From positions 2,728,001 through 2,792,000 of the forward strand of contig JBHGNT010000008.1 of assembly GCA_043228905.1 (NCBI GenBank): a stretch of 64,000 nucleotides of DNA, in the 5' to 3' direction. This stretch comes from Azolla caroliniana (Eukaryota; Plantae; Polypodiophyta). A model generated the notes under the pieces. The model was not told the DNA's origin. It worked only from the letters and a program-made list of their open reading frames with translations, and did no database searches. Below are positions 62,531 through 64,000 of the stretch, piece by piece. The position numbers were made by a program, and so were the translations under genes. How positions within the stretch are numbered: the stretch's first letter is position 1; the number at the start of each line of letters is the position of its first letter.

Positions 62531-63115
62531 ATGATGATGCCATGGACTGCTATGTATGTATGTCATGAAGATGCGAGTGAGATGATGATGATGATGATGG
62601 TGATGGTGATGCCATGGACTGCTATGTGTGTCATGAGAGAGAGATGATGATGCTGGTGATGCCATGGACCACTGCTATGTATGTGATAAAAAGATGTGAG
62701 AGAGATGATGATGGTGATGCCATGGACTGCTCTTTTATGTCATGAAGATGAGAGAGATGATGAAGATGCCATGGACAGCTCTGTGAATTGCTCTGTTATG
62801 TAACCTGTAGTGATTGATGATGATGATGATGATGATGATGCCATGGACTGCTCTGTGAATTGCTCTTTTATGTAACCTGTAGAGATTGATGATGATGATG
62901 ATGATGATGAAGATGTCATGGACTGCTCTATGAATTGCTCTGTTATGTAACCTGTAGTGTTTGATGATGACGATGATTATGATGAAGATGCCATGGACTG
63001 CTCTGTGAATTGCTCTTTTATGTAACCTGTAGTGATTGATGATGATGATGATGATGAAGATGCCATGGACTGCTCTGTGAATTGCTCTGTTATGCAACCT
63101 GTAGTGATTGATGTA
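62531..63115. repeat. (GAT)n-GCCATGGACTGC minisatellite immediately upstream of PIG-G
   Basis: About 9 units; the later ~70-bp units read gatgccatggactgctctgtgaattgctct.ttatgtaacctgtagtgattgatgatg. Confidence 0.9.
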
Positions 63116-63198
63116 AAACTTTACAGTCTTAGATCTGTGAAAGCAGTATCAGCAGCATTGTTTGCCATTGCCATTGCCATTGCCACTTGCCTCTCGCC

Positions 63199-63311
63199 AT
63201 GTTGAAGAAGTGTGTGGGTGCTTGCTTCCTTTCCGCTCTGCTGCAAATCACAGGGCTCATCCTCTTCGTCTTGGGATTCTTCCCTGTCAAACCTGCTCTC
63301 AGAGGCATGAG
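63199..63311 (+). CDS. PIGG: First exon of GPI ethanolamine-phosphate transferase 2 (PIG-G/GPI7); the gene continues beyond the window
   Basis: MLKKCVGACFLSALLQITGLILFVLGFFPVKPALRGM is followed by an AG|GTATGC donor and a pyrimidine-rich intron. An N-terminal TM helix plus GFFPVK is characteristic of PIG-G. Confidence 0.8.
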
Positions 63312-64000
63312 GTATGCTGGACACCTCCCCCTCCCCTTTATCTTTTTTCTTCAAAAATTTCCTTATCTTTCCATAACCACCTCTGCATTTCTGCTTCTTT
63401 TCTTTTCTTTTCTGTGTCTATATTGCGCTTCTTCTCCTATTTAGGTATGTTTCTCTCTTCTCTCTTTTGTGTTTTTGCTTTCTTTGCCCTTTTCCCTTTT
63501 TTATTTTCATTGTTTGCTCTCGTTTCCTGCTACTTCCATTCGGTTCTGTTTTTTGCTTTTCTGTTTGTCTTTTATGTCCATAGCTTCTCCTTTACTTGAG
63601 GTAATGTTTTTGTCTTTGTCTTCTACGCTTTTGATTTTTTATCCTTTTTGCTGTTTCTCTTGCCAATCAATAACACATGATTCGTGATTTACACCTAGTC
63701 CTTTTTGGCCCACAATTAGAACAAAGAAACGTTTTCATTGCAGTGGCATTGAAAGCTTCGAGTCTACGTGCGCTGAAAATCCAGAACATGTTTCGCCGTC
63801 TGGAAACATACATCAATTTAAGGTTTGTTTTCAAGAGATCTACTTTGTTTTCCAACAGTTTTCCTTTACTGAAGAATCAATATTCAGTTTTTCCTGGTTA
63901 TCCATTCTTATTTTGATTTCGTAATAGATAAACTTTGTTGGAGAGGTTTTTCTTCTATATTCTGTACAGTTGTAGAATTAAAATGGAGAAATTTGCACGA

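Noticed and set aside
62735-63097. Repetitive 120-aa ORF (HNRAIHRAVHGIFIII...)
   Set aside because: It is a translation of the (GAT)n minisatellite, with no evidence of coding function.

Overview
AT-rich, intron-containing nuclear DNA from a land plant. It is most likely a seed-free plant with flagellated sperm, such as a fern; this is inferred from a TTC29/p44-like inner-arm dynein gene alongside PLS-type PPR remnants. I reconstructed five host genes by reading splice sites by hand: plastid BCCP (-, 7 exons, 91-3399), a TTC29-like TPR protein (-, 11 exons, 6364-20177), an ILR3-like bHLH IVc factor (-, 6 exons, 31139-34892), an intronless DUF4220/DUF594 membrane protein (+, 51610-54459) and the first exon of PIG-G/GPI7 (+, from 63199). 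The rest is nested transposable elements. Two members of one Mutator-like family (20730-28301 and 56138-62530) have 9-bp TSDs and hairpin-bearing TIRs, and each sits in a simple repeat about 0.6 kb upstream of a gene. The first hosts a gag-only, tRNA-Trp-primed LTR element inside its TIR hairpin. The second carries a PPR pseudogene, a hAT element, a probable solo LTR and a Helitron-like Cys-rich fragment. Also present are a near-full-length degenerate L1 LINE with a triplicated 3' end, a chimeric PPR plus circularly permuted, intronless CUL1 pseudogene, a 103-bp-arm intronic foldback, and several tandem repeats. All family assignments come from motifs recognised by eye, not from database searches.
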